A stretch of 64,000 nt of DNA from an uncultured Treponema sp. (GTDB taxonomy: Bacteria; Spirochaetota; Spirochaetia; Treponematales; Treponemataceae), in contig NZ_CAMCEC010000005.1 in assembly GCF_945873775.1 (NCBI RefSeq), positions 63,770 to 127,769 on the forward strand. The letters run 5' to 3'. The notes under the pieces were generated by a model. That model worked only from the letters and a program-made list of their open reading frames with translations. It had not been told where the DNA came from and did not search any database. The position numbers and the translations under genes are program-made. Every line of letters starts with the position of its first letter. Within the stretch, counting starts at the first letter, position 1. Below are positions 49,638 to 58,923 of the stretch, piece by piece.

Positions 49638-50297
49638 CTATTTCTGCTCTTCAGTTTCTTTCTTCTCTTCTGACGGCGGATTTACAGTTCCGTCCGGCAT
49701 GCTCACCATTACTTTTGCATGGCGAATAACTCTGTCCTTGAGTTTGTATCCTTTAAGATAAACAACTTTCAGTACAGGAGAAGCGACTGGATCTTGAGAA
49801 GAACCAATAGCTTCATGAATATCCGGGTCAAAAGCATCGCCTGCAACGCCGTAAGCAACAAGATTATATTTGTTCTCAAGCATACTGATGAGGCTTTTGT
49901 TTATCATTGTAACGCCATCCGCAATAGATTTTGGATCTGTGGCAGTAGCCGCGGCTTCAACAGTGCGGTCAAAGTTATCAAGGCTTTCAAGAAGATCCTT
50001 TAGCAAATTTGTGTTTGCAAAATCAAAGGCTTCCTGTTTTTCCTGAATCGCTCTTTTTCTGTAGTTGTCAAAATCAGCAGCACGGCGCAAAACCTGATCT
50101 TTTAAGTCAGCGTTATCTTTTTTTAGCTCGTCAATCTGCTTTTCAAGCTCTGCAATTTTTTCTTCTGCGGAAAGAGTTTTTTCTTCCTGAACTTCCGCAT
50201 TTTCCTTTTTTTCATTCTCCTGAGCTACGGCATTCTGAACATTTTCATGCTCTTCGTGCTTGTGTTCCTCGTGGTGATGATGTTTTTCTTTGCTCAT
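49638..50297 (-). CDS. grpE: Nucleotide exchange factor GrpE
   Basis: RAADFDNYRKR, FDPDIHEA and KGYKLKDRVIRHAKV motifs. Confidence 0.95.
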   Translation of the reverse strand: MSKEKHHHHEEHKHEEHENVQNAVAQENEKKENAEVQEEKTLSAEEKIAELEKQIDELKKDNADLKDQVLRRAADFDNYRKRAIQEKQEAFDFANTNLLKDLLESLDNFDRTVEAAATATDPKSIADGVTMINKSLISMLENKYNLVAYGVAGDAFDPDIHEAIGSSQDPVASPVLKVVYLKGYKLKDRVIRHAKVMVSMPDGTVNPPSEEKKETEEQK

Positions 50298-50384
50298 TTC
50301 ATTTTCCTATCTGATGAAAAAGATAATAAAATTTATATCGAGTTGTCAACAAATTTTTGAATTTTGTCATCAATAATGCATTTT

Positions 50385-51749
50385 TTATTTGCGCTTGTCC
50401 ATTGGAACGTAATCACGCTCTTCCGCGACATTTTTATATGCCGGACGGTAAATTCGTTTTCCGGCAACAATTTCTTCTATTCTATGCGCACTCCAGCCAG
50501 CAATTCTCGCAATGGCGAACAATGGAGTGTAAAGCTCGCGCGGAATTCCAAGCATCGAATAAACAAAGCCCGAATAAAAGTCAACATTTGTGCAGATGCG
50601 CTTTTTTTGTCCGTGAAGCTCATAAAGAACTTCTGGAGCAAGCCGCTCTATTGAAGTATAAAGATTGAATTCTTCCTCGCAGCCTTTTTCCTTCGCAAGT
50701 TCCGCAGCCTTGTTTCTTAAAAGAATTGCGCGCGGGTCGCTGATTGTATAGACGGCGTGGCCCTGTCCGTAGATAAGTCCTGTGCGGTCGAAGGCTTCTT
50801 TTTTTCCGATTTTATAAAGATAATCTTCTATTTCTTTTTCGTTGCTCCAGTCTTTTACATTTTCCTTGATATTGTCCATCATTTCTATAACGCGAATATT
50901 TGCTCCACCATGGCGACGGCCTTTTAAAGAGCCAACAGCGGCGGCAACAGCGGAATAAGTATCTGTGTCTGCGGAAGAAACTACGTGAATTGTAAGAGAA
51001 GAGTTGTTTCCTCCACCGTGCTCGGCATGAAGAATAAGCGCAAGGTCAAGAATTTCAGCTTCAAGGCGAGTGTAGCTTTTGTCATTTCTTGTAAGACGCA
51101 GGAAATTTTCCGAAGTGCTAAGTTCTGGAAGCGGATTATGAATGTACATGCTTTTTCCGTCGTAATAACGGCGTTTTGCCTGATAGCCATAAGCAGCCAA
51201 TGTTGAAAAGCGGGAGATAAGCTCTATGCACTGGCGAAGAATATTTGCAACATCGCGGTTTTCTGGATCCGGATCATAAGAATATGAAGCAAGAACTCCA
51301 CGCGCAATTTTATTCATAATATCGCTTGAAGGCGCTTTCATTATCATGTCTTCTGTAAAATATTCAGGGAGAGACCTTAGGCTTCCCAAGAAACTTGAAA
51401 ACTCATCAAGCTGCGACTGAGTAGGAAGTTGTCCGAATAAAAGAAGATAAACGCATTGCTCAAATCCAAACTGATGGTGAAGCTCGGCATCCTTTACAAT
51501 GTCCTCAACATTATATCCGCGGTAAATCAGTTTTCCAGGAATAGCGACTTTGTTTCCGGCTTCATCAATGTAATAGCCGACAACATCTCCAATTTTTGTA
51601 AGCCCGACCAAAACTCCGCGTCCGTCCGCATATCTGAGTCCGCGCTTGACATTGAATTTTTCATAAAGGGCTGGATCTATGGGATCGTTGTCCACAGTAA
51701 GTTTTGAAAGTTTGTCGATAAAATTTGAATTCTGACTGTTTTCGTTCAT
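50385..51749 (-). CDS. gltA: Citrate synthase
   Basis: LHAEHGGGNNS, HGGAN, GQGHAVY...DPRA and NVDFYSG motifs. Confidence 0.92.
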   Translation of the reverse strand: MNENSQNSNFIDKLSKLTVDNDPIDPALYEKFNVKRGLRYADGRGVLVGLTKIGDVVGYYIDEAGNKVAIPGKLIYRGYNVEDIVKDAELHHQFGFEQCVYLLLFGQLPTQSQLDEFSSFLGSLRSLPEYFTEDMIMKAPSSDIMNKIARGVLASYSYDPDPENRDVANILRQCIELISRFSTLAAYGYQAKRRYYDGKSMYIHNPLPELSTSENFLRLTRNDKSYTRLEAEILDLALILHAEHGGGNNSSLTIHVVSSADTDTYSAVAAAVGSLKGRRHGGANIRVIEMMDNIKENVKDWSNEKEIEDYLYKIGKKEAFDRTGLIYGQGHAVYTISDPRAILLRNKAAELAKEKGCEEEFNLYTSIERLAPEVLYELHGQKKRICTNVDFYSGFVYSMLGIPRELYTPLFAIARIAGWSAHRIEEIVAGKRIYRPAYKNVAEERDYVPMDKRK

Positions 51750-51929
51750 AGACGAGCCTCCATTTTTGTATAAATATGCACTTTTTTTTATAAAAACTAT
51801 ATCAGTATACAAAAAATTAAGTATTTATTCAATAAGAGAGAATAATTGCAAAAAGACGATTTTATTAGGTTCAATTTCGAATTTTGATAAAAATATCTAC
51901 TTAACTGCTATTCCAATCCTAACAAGTTT

Positions 51930-51957
51930 GTCATTGCCGTGCTTGACACGGCAATCT
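51930..51957. repeat. Single GTCATT-type palindromic repeat
   Basis: GTCATTGCCGTGCTTGACACGGCAATCT. Confidence 0.8.
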
Positions 51958-52040
51958 GCTGTAAATTTGCAACTGACAGAAAAATTTAAAACCCGGCATT
52001 CAACCTATTAAGATAAAAAAATCCGCAGGCAGATTTTTTC

Positions 52041-53870
52041 TTACATTCTTTCCAAATAAGGAACAAGAACAAGTTCCATTCCGCTTTTTAAAACAGTCAA
52101 AGTGCATTGTGCAAGGGCAAGACGGGCTTTTGCAAGACGCTCATTTTCAGAAGCAGTTCCAACAATCGGGCAGTCGCGGTAAAATGCGCTGAAACTTTTG
52201 CTCACATCGTAAAGATAAGAAGCCATTCCGCTTGGATCTAAAGTTTCCGCAGATTTTTGAACAACCGAAGGGAATCTTTCCAAGTCCTTTATCAAAGCCC
52301 ATTCGCTTTCCGCAGTCAAAAGTGAAAAATCTTCCGCTGAACCAGAAGGCTCAAGCCCCTGCTCCTTTGCCTTGCGTAAAATTGAAGCAATGCGCGCTCC
52401 CATGTACTGAAGATAAGGTCCTGTATTTCCGTTGAAGCTAAGAGATTCTTCCGGATTAAAAAGCATATCCTTTACCGGCGCAACATTCAAAAGATAATAA
52501 TCCAAAGCTGCCAGCGCGACTTTTTCAGCGACATCATCAGGATTTCCAACTGAATTATCTCTGCCGCGCTCTTCAATTGCCTTTAAAGCCTGCGCATGAA
52601 GGCTGTCAATCAAGTCATCGGCATCTACGACAGTTCCTTCACGGCTTTTCATTCTTCCGCTTGGAAGATTTACAAGTCCGTAGCTCAAATGGAACAGTTT
52701 TTCAGTCCAGCTGAATCCAAGTTTTTTCAAAATATGGAAAAGAATCTTAAAGTGATAGTTCTGCTCGCTTGCAACAACATAAACCAGCTGGTTAAATGGC
52801 CAGTCATTGTGGCGGCTGATTGCAGTTCCAATGTCCTGAGTTATGTAAACCGAAGTTCCGTCTTTTCTTAAAAGAACTTTCTCGTGGCTGTCTTCATCTT
52901 TGCCTTTTCCAACAACATCAGTAACATCAATTCTTACAGAGCCGTCTGGAGCTTTAAAGAACACGCCTTTTTCAAGACCCTTTAAAATTTCGTCCTTGCC
53001 TTTTAGATAAGTGTCGCTTTCAAAGTAGAATTTATCAAAGGCAATCCCAGTTCTTTTGTAAGTGTCCTTTAGTCCGTCCAAAGTCCAGCCGTTCATTTTC
53101 TGCCAAAGCTCGCGGACTTCTTTATCTCCCTGCTCCCATTTTACAAGCATTTCTTCCGCCTGCTGAATGGCTTCCGGGTGCTCCTTGGAATACTTATCAA
53201 ACTCAACATAGCACTGGCCAACAAAATGGTCTCCCTTCATTCCAAGAGATTCCGGGGTTTCGTTTTTTGCCTCGTGGAAAAGCTTGTACGCCAGCATGGA
53301 TTTGCAGATATGGATTCCGCGGTTGTTAATAAGGTCGACTTTAAAAACTTCTGCGCCCGCTTTCTTTAGAATCCGGCTCACGCTTTCACCAAGAGCGTCA
53401 TTGCGAAGATGACCAAGATGAAGCGGCTTGTTTGTATTTGGTGAAGAAAATTCAACCATAATCCGCTGACCTTCAAGAGGCTTTTTTCCTGCGGAATCAA
53501 AAGAGCCGTAGTTTTCCCCCTGAGAAACAATCGAAGCCAAAATTCCTGCGGCAGAAGCAGCCTTGTTGAGCTTTACATTCACATAAGGACCAGCGGCGTC
53601 AAATTCACCAAGAGAAGCAAGTTCCTTATCAGTTTCCGCGGATTTTTTAAGCGACTGGGAAACTGTGGCGGCAATTGCAGGAGGAGCCATTCTGAACATT
53701 TTTGCAAAAGGAAACATCGGGCTTCCCAAGTCTCCCATTTCAGGACGCGGCGGATTTTCCACACGAACAAGTTTTTCGTCAATTTCAGGACAATCTATTT
53801 TATTTTCAATTTTAAACTGATTAACAGCCTTCAACACAGCGGATTTAAACAAATCTTTTTGACTTAACAT
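52041..53870 (-). CDS. argS: Arginine--tRNA ligase
   Basis: EFSSPNTNKPLHLGHLRN, MKSREG and GNTGPYLQY motifs. Confidence 0.97.
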   Translation of the reverse strand: MLSQKDLFKSAVLKAVNQFKIENKIDCPEIDEKLVRVENPPRPEMGDLGSPMFPFAKMFRMAPPAIAATVSQSLKKSAETDKELASLGEFDAAGPYVNVKLNKAASAAGILASIVSQGENYGSFDSAGKKPLEGQRIMVEFSSPNTNKPLHLGHLRNDALGESVSRILKKAGAEVFKVDLINNRGIHICKSMLAYKLFHEAKNETPESLGMKGDHFVGQCYVEFDKYSKEHPEAIQQAEEMLVKWEQGDKEVRELWQKMNGWTLDGLKDTYKRTGIAFDKFYFESDTYLKGKDEILKGLEKGVFFKAPDGSVRIDVTDVVGKGKDEDSHEKVLLRKDGTSVYITQDIGTAISRHNDWPFNQLVYVVASEQNYHFKILFHILKKLGFSWTEKLFHLSYGLVNLPSGRMKSREGTVVDADDLIDSLHAQALKAIEERGRDNSVGNPDDVAEKVALAALDYYLLNVAPVKDMLFNPEESLSFNGNTGPYLQYMGARIASILRKAKEQGLEPSGSAEDFSLLTAESEWALIKDLERFPSVVQKSAETLDPSGMASYLYDVSKSFSAFYRDCPIVGTASENERLAKARLALAQCTLTVLKSGMELVLVPYLERM

Positions 53871-53990
53871 AGTTTTTCCTTAAAAATTTTATCTGCCCAA
53901 AAATTAAGCGGACAGCAATATATTTTCAGAGAGTATAACAAAATAAGAACAAAGTGAAAAGCACAGAAACTTTGAAGAAAAAACTATAAG

Positions 53991-55052
53991 TTAATGCTCT
54001 TCCATTGGATGATCTTGAAGATGCCCGGTCTTTCTAAGATTCACAGAATGATTCAAATAATGAAAAGTAATAAAAACAAGCTCAACTATTGCCAAAAACA
54101 GGCAAAGTTCGGCAGTCGCAACTCTTACAGTAAGCTTGTAAGAAATCAAAACTGAAAAGCAAATAAGAACCTGAAGGCACAAAAGAAACAGAATTGTCGC
54201 GCCGCGGGAAAATCCAACATTCAGCATTTTGTGGTGAATATGAGATCTGTCCGCGCTAAAAATAGAACGGTGGTCGCGGATTCTTCTCCAAGTAGCGGCA
54301 ATAACATCAGTAAGCGGAATAGACGCAATCAGAAGCATTATAAGCATCTTGTTATATTCAAAGCTCAGCGATTCTTCATAAATAAGCGGAAAAACTGCAA
54401 CTGCAAAGCCCAAAGTCTGGCTTCCAGAATCTCCGAGGAATATTTTTGCCGGCGGTTTGTTGAAAACCATAAATCCTGCAATCGCACCCGCAAGAATAAA
54501 ATAAAGTGAAAATGAATCAGTTCTAAAAATCAGGCTTAAAAATCCAAGCGTTATAATAGAAAGAAATGAAATTCCAGAACAAAGCCAGTCAATTCCGTCA
54601 ATTAAATTAAAAGCATTTACGCAGACCAAAATCCAAAAGAAAGTAAAAAGCTTTCCCAAAACAGGATTCAAGTTAATAAAGAATATTTTACTGATTCCAA
54701 CAGGACTAAGCGCAACCAAGAGAGCCGCCGCAATCTGAACCAAAAACTTAAATCTTGCATGAAGGTCAACAAGGTCATCAATAAACCCAAAGGCAAATAT
54801 CAAAAGCAACCCTAAAAATGCCTGCCACGCAAAATCAAATGTTCCCTTCTGAAAAAGGCAGACATAAATTCCTGCGCAAACAAAAAAAGACACAAAGACA
54901 GCGACACCTCCCAAGCGAGGAATATTTCCGCTGTGAATCTTTCGAGGATCTATTTCATCATAAAGTTTATATCTTTTGCAAATTTTTATTATAAGCCAAG
55001 TCAGCAAAAGGCTCAAAATAAAAGTCAGTAATGAAGCATAAAATATCAACAA
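53991..55052 (-). CDS. MraY/WecA/TagO-family polyprenyl-phosphate GlcNAc-1-P transferase
   Basis: RKIHSGNIPRLGG, DD, NAFNLIDGID, FLGDSG and ADRSHIHH motifs; TTG start. Confidence 0.9.
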   Translation of the reverse strand: MLIFYASLLTFILSLLLTWLIIKICKRYKLYDEIDPRKIHSGNIPRLGGVAVFVSFFVCAGIYVCLFQKGTFDFAWQAFLGLLLIFAFGFIDDLVDLHARFKFLVQIAAALLVALSPVGISKIFFINLNPVLGKLFTFFWILVCVNAFNLIDGIDWLCSGISFLSIITLGFLSLIFRTDSFSLYFILAGAIAGFMVFNKPPAKIFLGDSGSQTLGFAVAVFPLIYEESLSFEYNKMLIMLLIASIPLTDVIAATWRRIRDHRSIFSADRSHIHHKMLNVGFSRGATILFLLCLQVLICFSVLISYKLTVRVATAELCLFLAIVELVFITFHYLNHSVNLRKTGHLQDHPMEEH

Positions 55053-55055
55053 GTA

Positions 55056-55066
55056 CCCCCCCCCCC
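55056..55066 (-). repeat. G11 homopolymer at the translation-initiation region of the wecA-like gene
   Basis: TAGT-G11-TAC-TTG-TTG on the - strand. Confidence 0.9.
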
Positions 55067-55175
55067 ACTAAAAAGCTTATTTTTACTACTTTTTACTGAG
55101 AGTGAATTACAAATTAACATTTTTTTATATTCGATTCAATATATCCACTCTATATAACACATATTATTATTGCAT

Positions 55176-55392
55176 ACAGGGCAAACGCATTATAGATAAT
55201 TTAAGTAAAGTTTGCGCGAAGGAACGATTCGTGGGGCAAAAACACTCTGATTGTTGCGACCGCATGAGCAGGCGATTCTATAGTTACTTTGCAACAATCA
55301 GCGTGTAGCGCATTATTGCGCGATTTTGAACCACGAAACCGTGACTGGGAGCCAGTTTTATGCTGAATACATTTATAATGCCTTTGCCCTGT
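55176..55392 (+). ncRNA. Rod-shaped structured RNA, 6S RNA-like candidate
   Basis: Terminal stem ACAGGGCAAA-C-GCATTATA / TATAATGC-C-TTTGCCCTGT; central bubble with a 3' mini-hairpin ACTGG-GAG-CCAGT; TTCGTGG/CCACGAA and CTGATTGTTGC/GCAACAATCAG stems. G-U pairs favour the + strand. Confidence 0.6.
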
Positions 55393-55474
55393 CATTGCGC
55401 AACTCTTTTGTTGTATTTTTGCGGAAATTTGATTATATTCATTGCAAACTAAATACAAAAAATCGAGGTGAAAA

Positions 55475-56314
55475 ATGGCTTGTGGTGGAAGCTGCTCCAA
55501 CTGCGGAGACAAATGTGAAAAAAAGCCTTTAAAGGAAAATCTTCATTCAGGCTCTTCTGTAAAAAAAGTTATCGGAATTGTTTCTGGCAAGGGCGGAGTC
55601 GGAAAATCGCTTGTAACAAGCCTTTTAGCCTGCAAAGTAAATAAAGACGGATTCAAGACAGCAATTCTTGACGCTGACATTACAGGACCTTCCATTCCAA
55701 CTTCATTCGGGCTTGGAAATGTGCGCGCTGAAAGTGTTTCAGAAAAAAACAGCGATGGAAGCGAAGGCGGATACTTAAAATCAGTCAAGTCAAAGTCAGG
55801 AATTCAGCTTATGTCAATGAATTTCCTGCTGCAAAACGAAACTGACCCGGTTGTATGGCGTGGTCCAGTTATTTCCGGGGCAGTGCGCCAATTCTGGACA
55901 GATGTTCTTTGGGAAAACGTTGACTTTATGTTCGTTGACTGTCCGCCAGGAACTGGAGATGTTCCGCTTACAGTTTTCCAGTCGCTTCCAATAGACGGAA
56001 TTATAATTGTTTCTTCGCCGCAGCAGCTTGTGCGCGTAATCGTTGAAAAAGCCGTAAACATGGCAAACATGATGAATGTTCCGGTTTTGGGACTTGTTGA
56101 AAACATGAGCTACGTAAAATGCCCGGACTGCGGAAAAGAAATAAAAGTTTTCGGCGAAAGCAACATCGGAAAAATCGCAGAAGAATTCAATTTAAAAGTT
56201 CTTGCTCGCATTCCAATCGAACAGAATATGTCTGCGACAGTTGACAAAGGCGAAATTGAATCTCTTGACACACCTTTCATTGAAGAAGCCGCAAAAGCTG
56301 TTGAGTCGCTATGA
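55475..56314 (+). CDS. mrp: Mrp/NBP35 (ApbC) Fe-S cluster carrier ATPase
   Basis: N-terminal CxxxCxxCxxxC, SGKGGVGKS, DCPPGTGD and ENMS...CPDC motifs. Confidence 0.92.
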   Translation: MACGGSCSNCGDKCEKKPLKENLHSGSSVKKVIGIVSGKGGVGKSLVTSLLACKVNKDGFKTAILDADITGPSIPTSFGLGNVRAESVSEKNSDGSEGGYLKSVKSKSGIQLMSMNFLLQNETDPVVWRGPVISGAVRQFWTDVLWENVDFMFVDCPPGTGDVPLTVFQSLPIDGIIIVSSPQQLVRVIVEKAVNMANMMNVPVLGLVENMSYVKCPDCGKEIKVFGESNIGKIAEEFNLKVLARIPIEQNMSATVDKGEIESLDTPFIEEAAKAVESL

Positions 56315-56814
56315 TTTCCCCGGAAGAAGCAAAAAAACGCGCAAAGGAAAATTTTCTAAGCGGATTCAACTGCGCCCAGTCAGTTCTTGAAGTTTTCTGC
56401 GGGGAACTTGGAATTGACCGGGAGCTTGCATTAAAATCTGCCCAGGCATTTGGCGGCGGAACTTGCAGGCTGCGGGAAATGTGCGGCGCGGTAAACGGAA
56501 TGCTGCTTGCATTGAGCATAAAAAATGGCAGTGCAAATCCACAGGACAAAGAAGCAAAAGATTCAGTTTATAAAGACGGACAGATTTTGTGCGAAAAGTT
56601 CAAAGAAAAAAACGGCTCGTTTATCTGCCGAGAGCTTCTTGGACTTTCGCCGCTCGGACAATCTCAAAACTACCTGCGAAAAAATTCCGTGGAAGGAAAA
56701 GCTGATTCTCCAGTTTCAGAAAAAAGAACAGAAGAATATTACAAAAAACGCCCTTGCCCGGAACTCTGCGCCGATGCCGCTGAACTTTTTGCGGAATACT
56801 TGAATTCAAAATGA
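56311..56814 (+). CDS. C_GCAxxG_C_C family redox protein
   Basis: GFNCAQSV...FGGG...MCGAV...CRELL...C. Confidence 0.85.
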   Translation: MISPEEAKKRAKENFLSGFNCAQSVLEVFCGELGIDRELALKSAQAFGGGTCRLREMCGAVNGMLLALSIKNGSANPQDKEAKDSVYKDGQILCEKFKEKNGSFICRELLGLSPLGQSQNYLRKNSVEGKADSPVSEKRTEEYYKKRPCPELCADAAELFAEYLNSK

Positions 56815-57806
56815 AACTTATCTGCGCGCCAATGGCAACCTTGAGCCACGAAGCATTCAGAATTTCAGTGGAAGAATTCGGAGGCTGCGATGAATATTTC
56901 ACAGAAATGATAAACGCATCTTCGCTTTTGAACATGGGACCGTTTGAAAAATACTATCTTCTGAACGGACCTTCCCCGGAAAAAATCGTGTGGCAACTCA
57001 CGGGAACTTCCGCAGAACCGTTGGCAAAGGCAGCTGAAATTGTGTGCGAAAAAGGCGGAATCGGAATCGACTTGAACATGGGCTGCTCTGCCCCGCAAAT
57101 CTACAAGACAGGAGCCGGAATCGCCTGGATGCTAAAGCCGCTAAAAGAAACAAAAGAAGCAGTCTCAAAAGTAAAAGAAACGCTAAACTTAATAGAAGAA
57201 AAAACACAAAAACATTTCAGGCTGAGCGTAAAATGCAGGCTTGGAGACGAAAACTTCACGGAACAAAGCTTTTTTAACTTTACAGACATGCTTATAGAAA
57301 ACGGAGTTGAGCTTATAACGCTTCATGCGCGCACAATCAAAGAAAAATACCGCGGACTTCCAAGATACGAGTTCGCGCAAAAACTTTCACAGCGGTACGG
57401 GGAAAAAATCAAAGTCTACGTGAACGGCTGCGTAAAGGACACCGCCAGCGCAAAGTTTGCCCTTCAAAAAGCCCCGGAAGCGGACGGAATCATGATTGCA
57501 AGAGCCGCAGCCGAACGCCCCTGGATTTTCGCACAAATAAAAAAAGACCTTGAAGGTTCCGCGGAAAAAATCACAGTTGACAGGATGAAAACCGCATTGA
57601 ACTTTATAGATAACGTTGAAAAATTTCAGCCAAAGGAATTCCACAAGACACGGATTCAGAGATTTTTTTCGTATTACTGCGCCCAGTTCGAATTCGGACA
57701 TTATTTTCAGACAAAAATGCTGAATTACAAGTCAAATGAAGAAAGCCGGAAAGAAATTTTAGATTATTTTCAAAAACAGCCCCATGAACGCTTAATTCAA
57801 GTGTAA
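56811..57806 (+). CDS. tRNA-dihydrouridine synthase family protein
   Basis: APMA, QL.G, DLNMGC, LHART, VNG and IMIARAA motifs. Confidence 0.88.
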   Translation: MKLICAPMATLSHEAFRISVEEFGGCDEYFTEMINASSLLNMGPFEKYYLLNGPSPEKIVWQLTGTSAEPLAKAAEIVCEKGGIGIDLNMGCSAPQIYKTGAGIAWMLKPLKETKEAVSKVKETLNLIEEKTQKHFRLSVKCRLGDENFTEQSFFNFTDMLIENGVELITLHARTIKEKYRGLPRYEFAQKLSQRYGEKIKVYVNGCVKDTASAKFALQKAPEADGIMIARAAAERPWIFAQIKKDLEGSAEKITVDRMKTALNFIDNVEKFQPKEFHKTRIQRFFSYYCAQFEFGHYFQTKMLNYKSNEESRKEILDYFQKQPHERLIQV

Positions 57807-57810
57807 ATTT

Positions 57811-58010
57811 TCAGTTTTAAGGGAATTTTTTCAAGAATAAGAGATATTCTTGTATTTTTATGCATATTCTTGAAGAATATTGTATATTCCTGACTTTTTT
57901 GTATAAATATTCAAGAATTTAAGATATTCCTCAGGAATTTAAGATATTCTTCAAGAATATTGAATTTTCCAGAAGAATATTAAATATTCCTCACAAATTT
58001 TGAGGATTCA
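57811..58010. repeat. Non-coding tandem array, 20-bp period, ~9-10 units, internally palindromic
   Basis: Units such as TCAAGAATTTAAGATATTCC, TCAGGAATTTAAGATATTCT and TGAAGAATATTGTATATTCC fill the dus-CDF intergenic gap. Confidence 0.8.
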
Positions 58011-58923
58011 AGCCGAATTCTTCCTTAGGCTGATGCAAATCGGAATTTTTTGGCTCAACATGAATCACAATGTCGTAAATTTCAGGAATTTCCTTGCGGA
58101 TTGCGCTTTCAACCTGCTCGCTAAGCTCGTGCGCCTCGTAAACGGAAAGCGACGGGTCAACTTCAATGTCCAAGTCAATGTCAAAGCTGGAAGCCATCCT
58201 GCGGATTCTTGCCTTATGCGGATTCAGGACATTTGGAACTGTGGCGACCGCATCGAACAGTTTTTTATAAAGCGAGCTGTCGGCGTTTCCGTCCATGAGC
58301 TCAAGGTTCATTCTTGCAAAAAGCGAGGCGGCGTTTTTTATTACCCAAAGACCAACAAGCAGCGCAATCACAGGGTCAAGAACCGGCATCTTGAAAAGCT
58401 CGGAGCATAAAAGGCCTGCAAGAACTGCGGCGGAAAGCATTATGTCGCTTTTCATGTTCTGGGCGTTCGCCTTTACGATTTCGCTTTCCGCAATTTTTCC
58501 GTAGTGAAACTGAATCAAAGCAAGAAGGCTTTTTCCCGCAATCGAAATAACAGCAGCATAAACTGCCACAAGCGAAACTTCCGCCTGAAAATCATGCAGG
58601 ATAATTTTTTTTGCTGCGGAAAGTACAATCTGCGCGCCCGCAAAGAAAATTATAAAAGCCAAGGCCATTGTCGCAGTAGTTTCGGCTCTTGCGTGCCCCC
58701 AAGGATGCTCCTTGTCACCAGGCTGCTGAATTATGCGGCTTACAAACAAAGTTACAAGCGCAATCAGAACATCGGTGGAACTGTCAATTGCATCACCTGC
58801 AACCGCAAGAGAACCTGAAAGATATGCGAACAAAAACTTCACAGCGGCAAGAACTGCATTTCCAACAAGAGCCACAACTCCTGCCACTTTGATGTAATGG
58901 GCTTTTAAGCTTGTCGAGTTCAT
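57991..58923 (-). CDS. Cation diffusion facilitator (FieF-like) transporter
   Basis: DAIDSSTD, HPWGHARAE, NMKSD and HELSE...IVIHVEP motifs. Confidence 0.92.
   Translation of the reverse strand: MNSTSLKAHYIKVAGVVALVGNAVLAAVKFLFAYLSGSLAVAGDAIDSSTDVLIALVTLFVSRIIQQPGDKEHPWGHARAETTATMALAFIIFFAGAQIVLSAAKKIILHDFQAEVSLVAVYAAVISIAGKSLLALIQFHYGKIAESEIVKANAQNMKSDIMLSAAVLAGLLCSELFKMPVLDPVIALLVGLWVIKNAASLFARMNLELMDGNADSSLYKKLFDAVATVPNVLNPHKARIRRMASSFDIDLDIEVDPSLSVYEAHELSEQVESAIRKEIPEIYDIVIHVEPKNSDLHQPKEEFGLNPQNL

Noticed and set aside
50298-50384. CIRCE/HrcA control of grpE-dnaK-dnaJ
   Set aside because: No TTAGCACTC-N9-GAGTGCTAA is visible and no hrcA precedes grpE. Only a TTGACA-containing promoter-like sequence is present.
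55176-55392. Retron msr-msd or SRP/tmRNA identity for the structured RNA
   Set aside because: No reverse transcriptase is nearby, and there is no SRP GNRA/helix-8 motif, tRNA-like ends or tag ORF.
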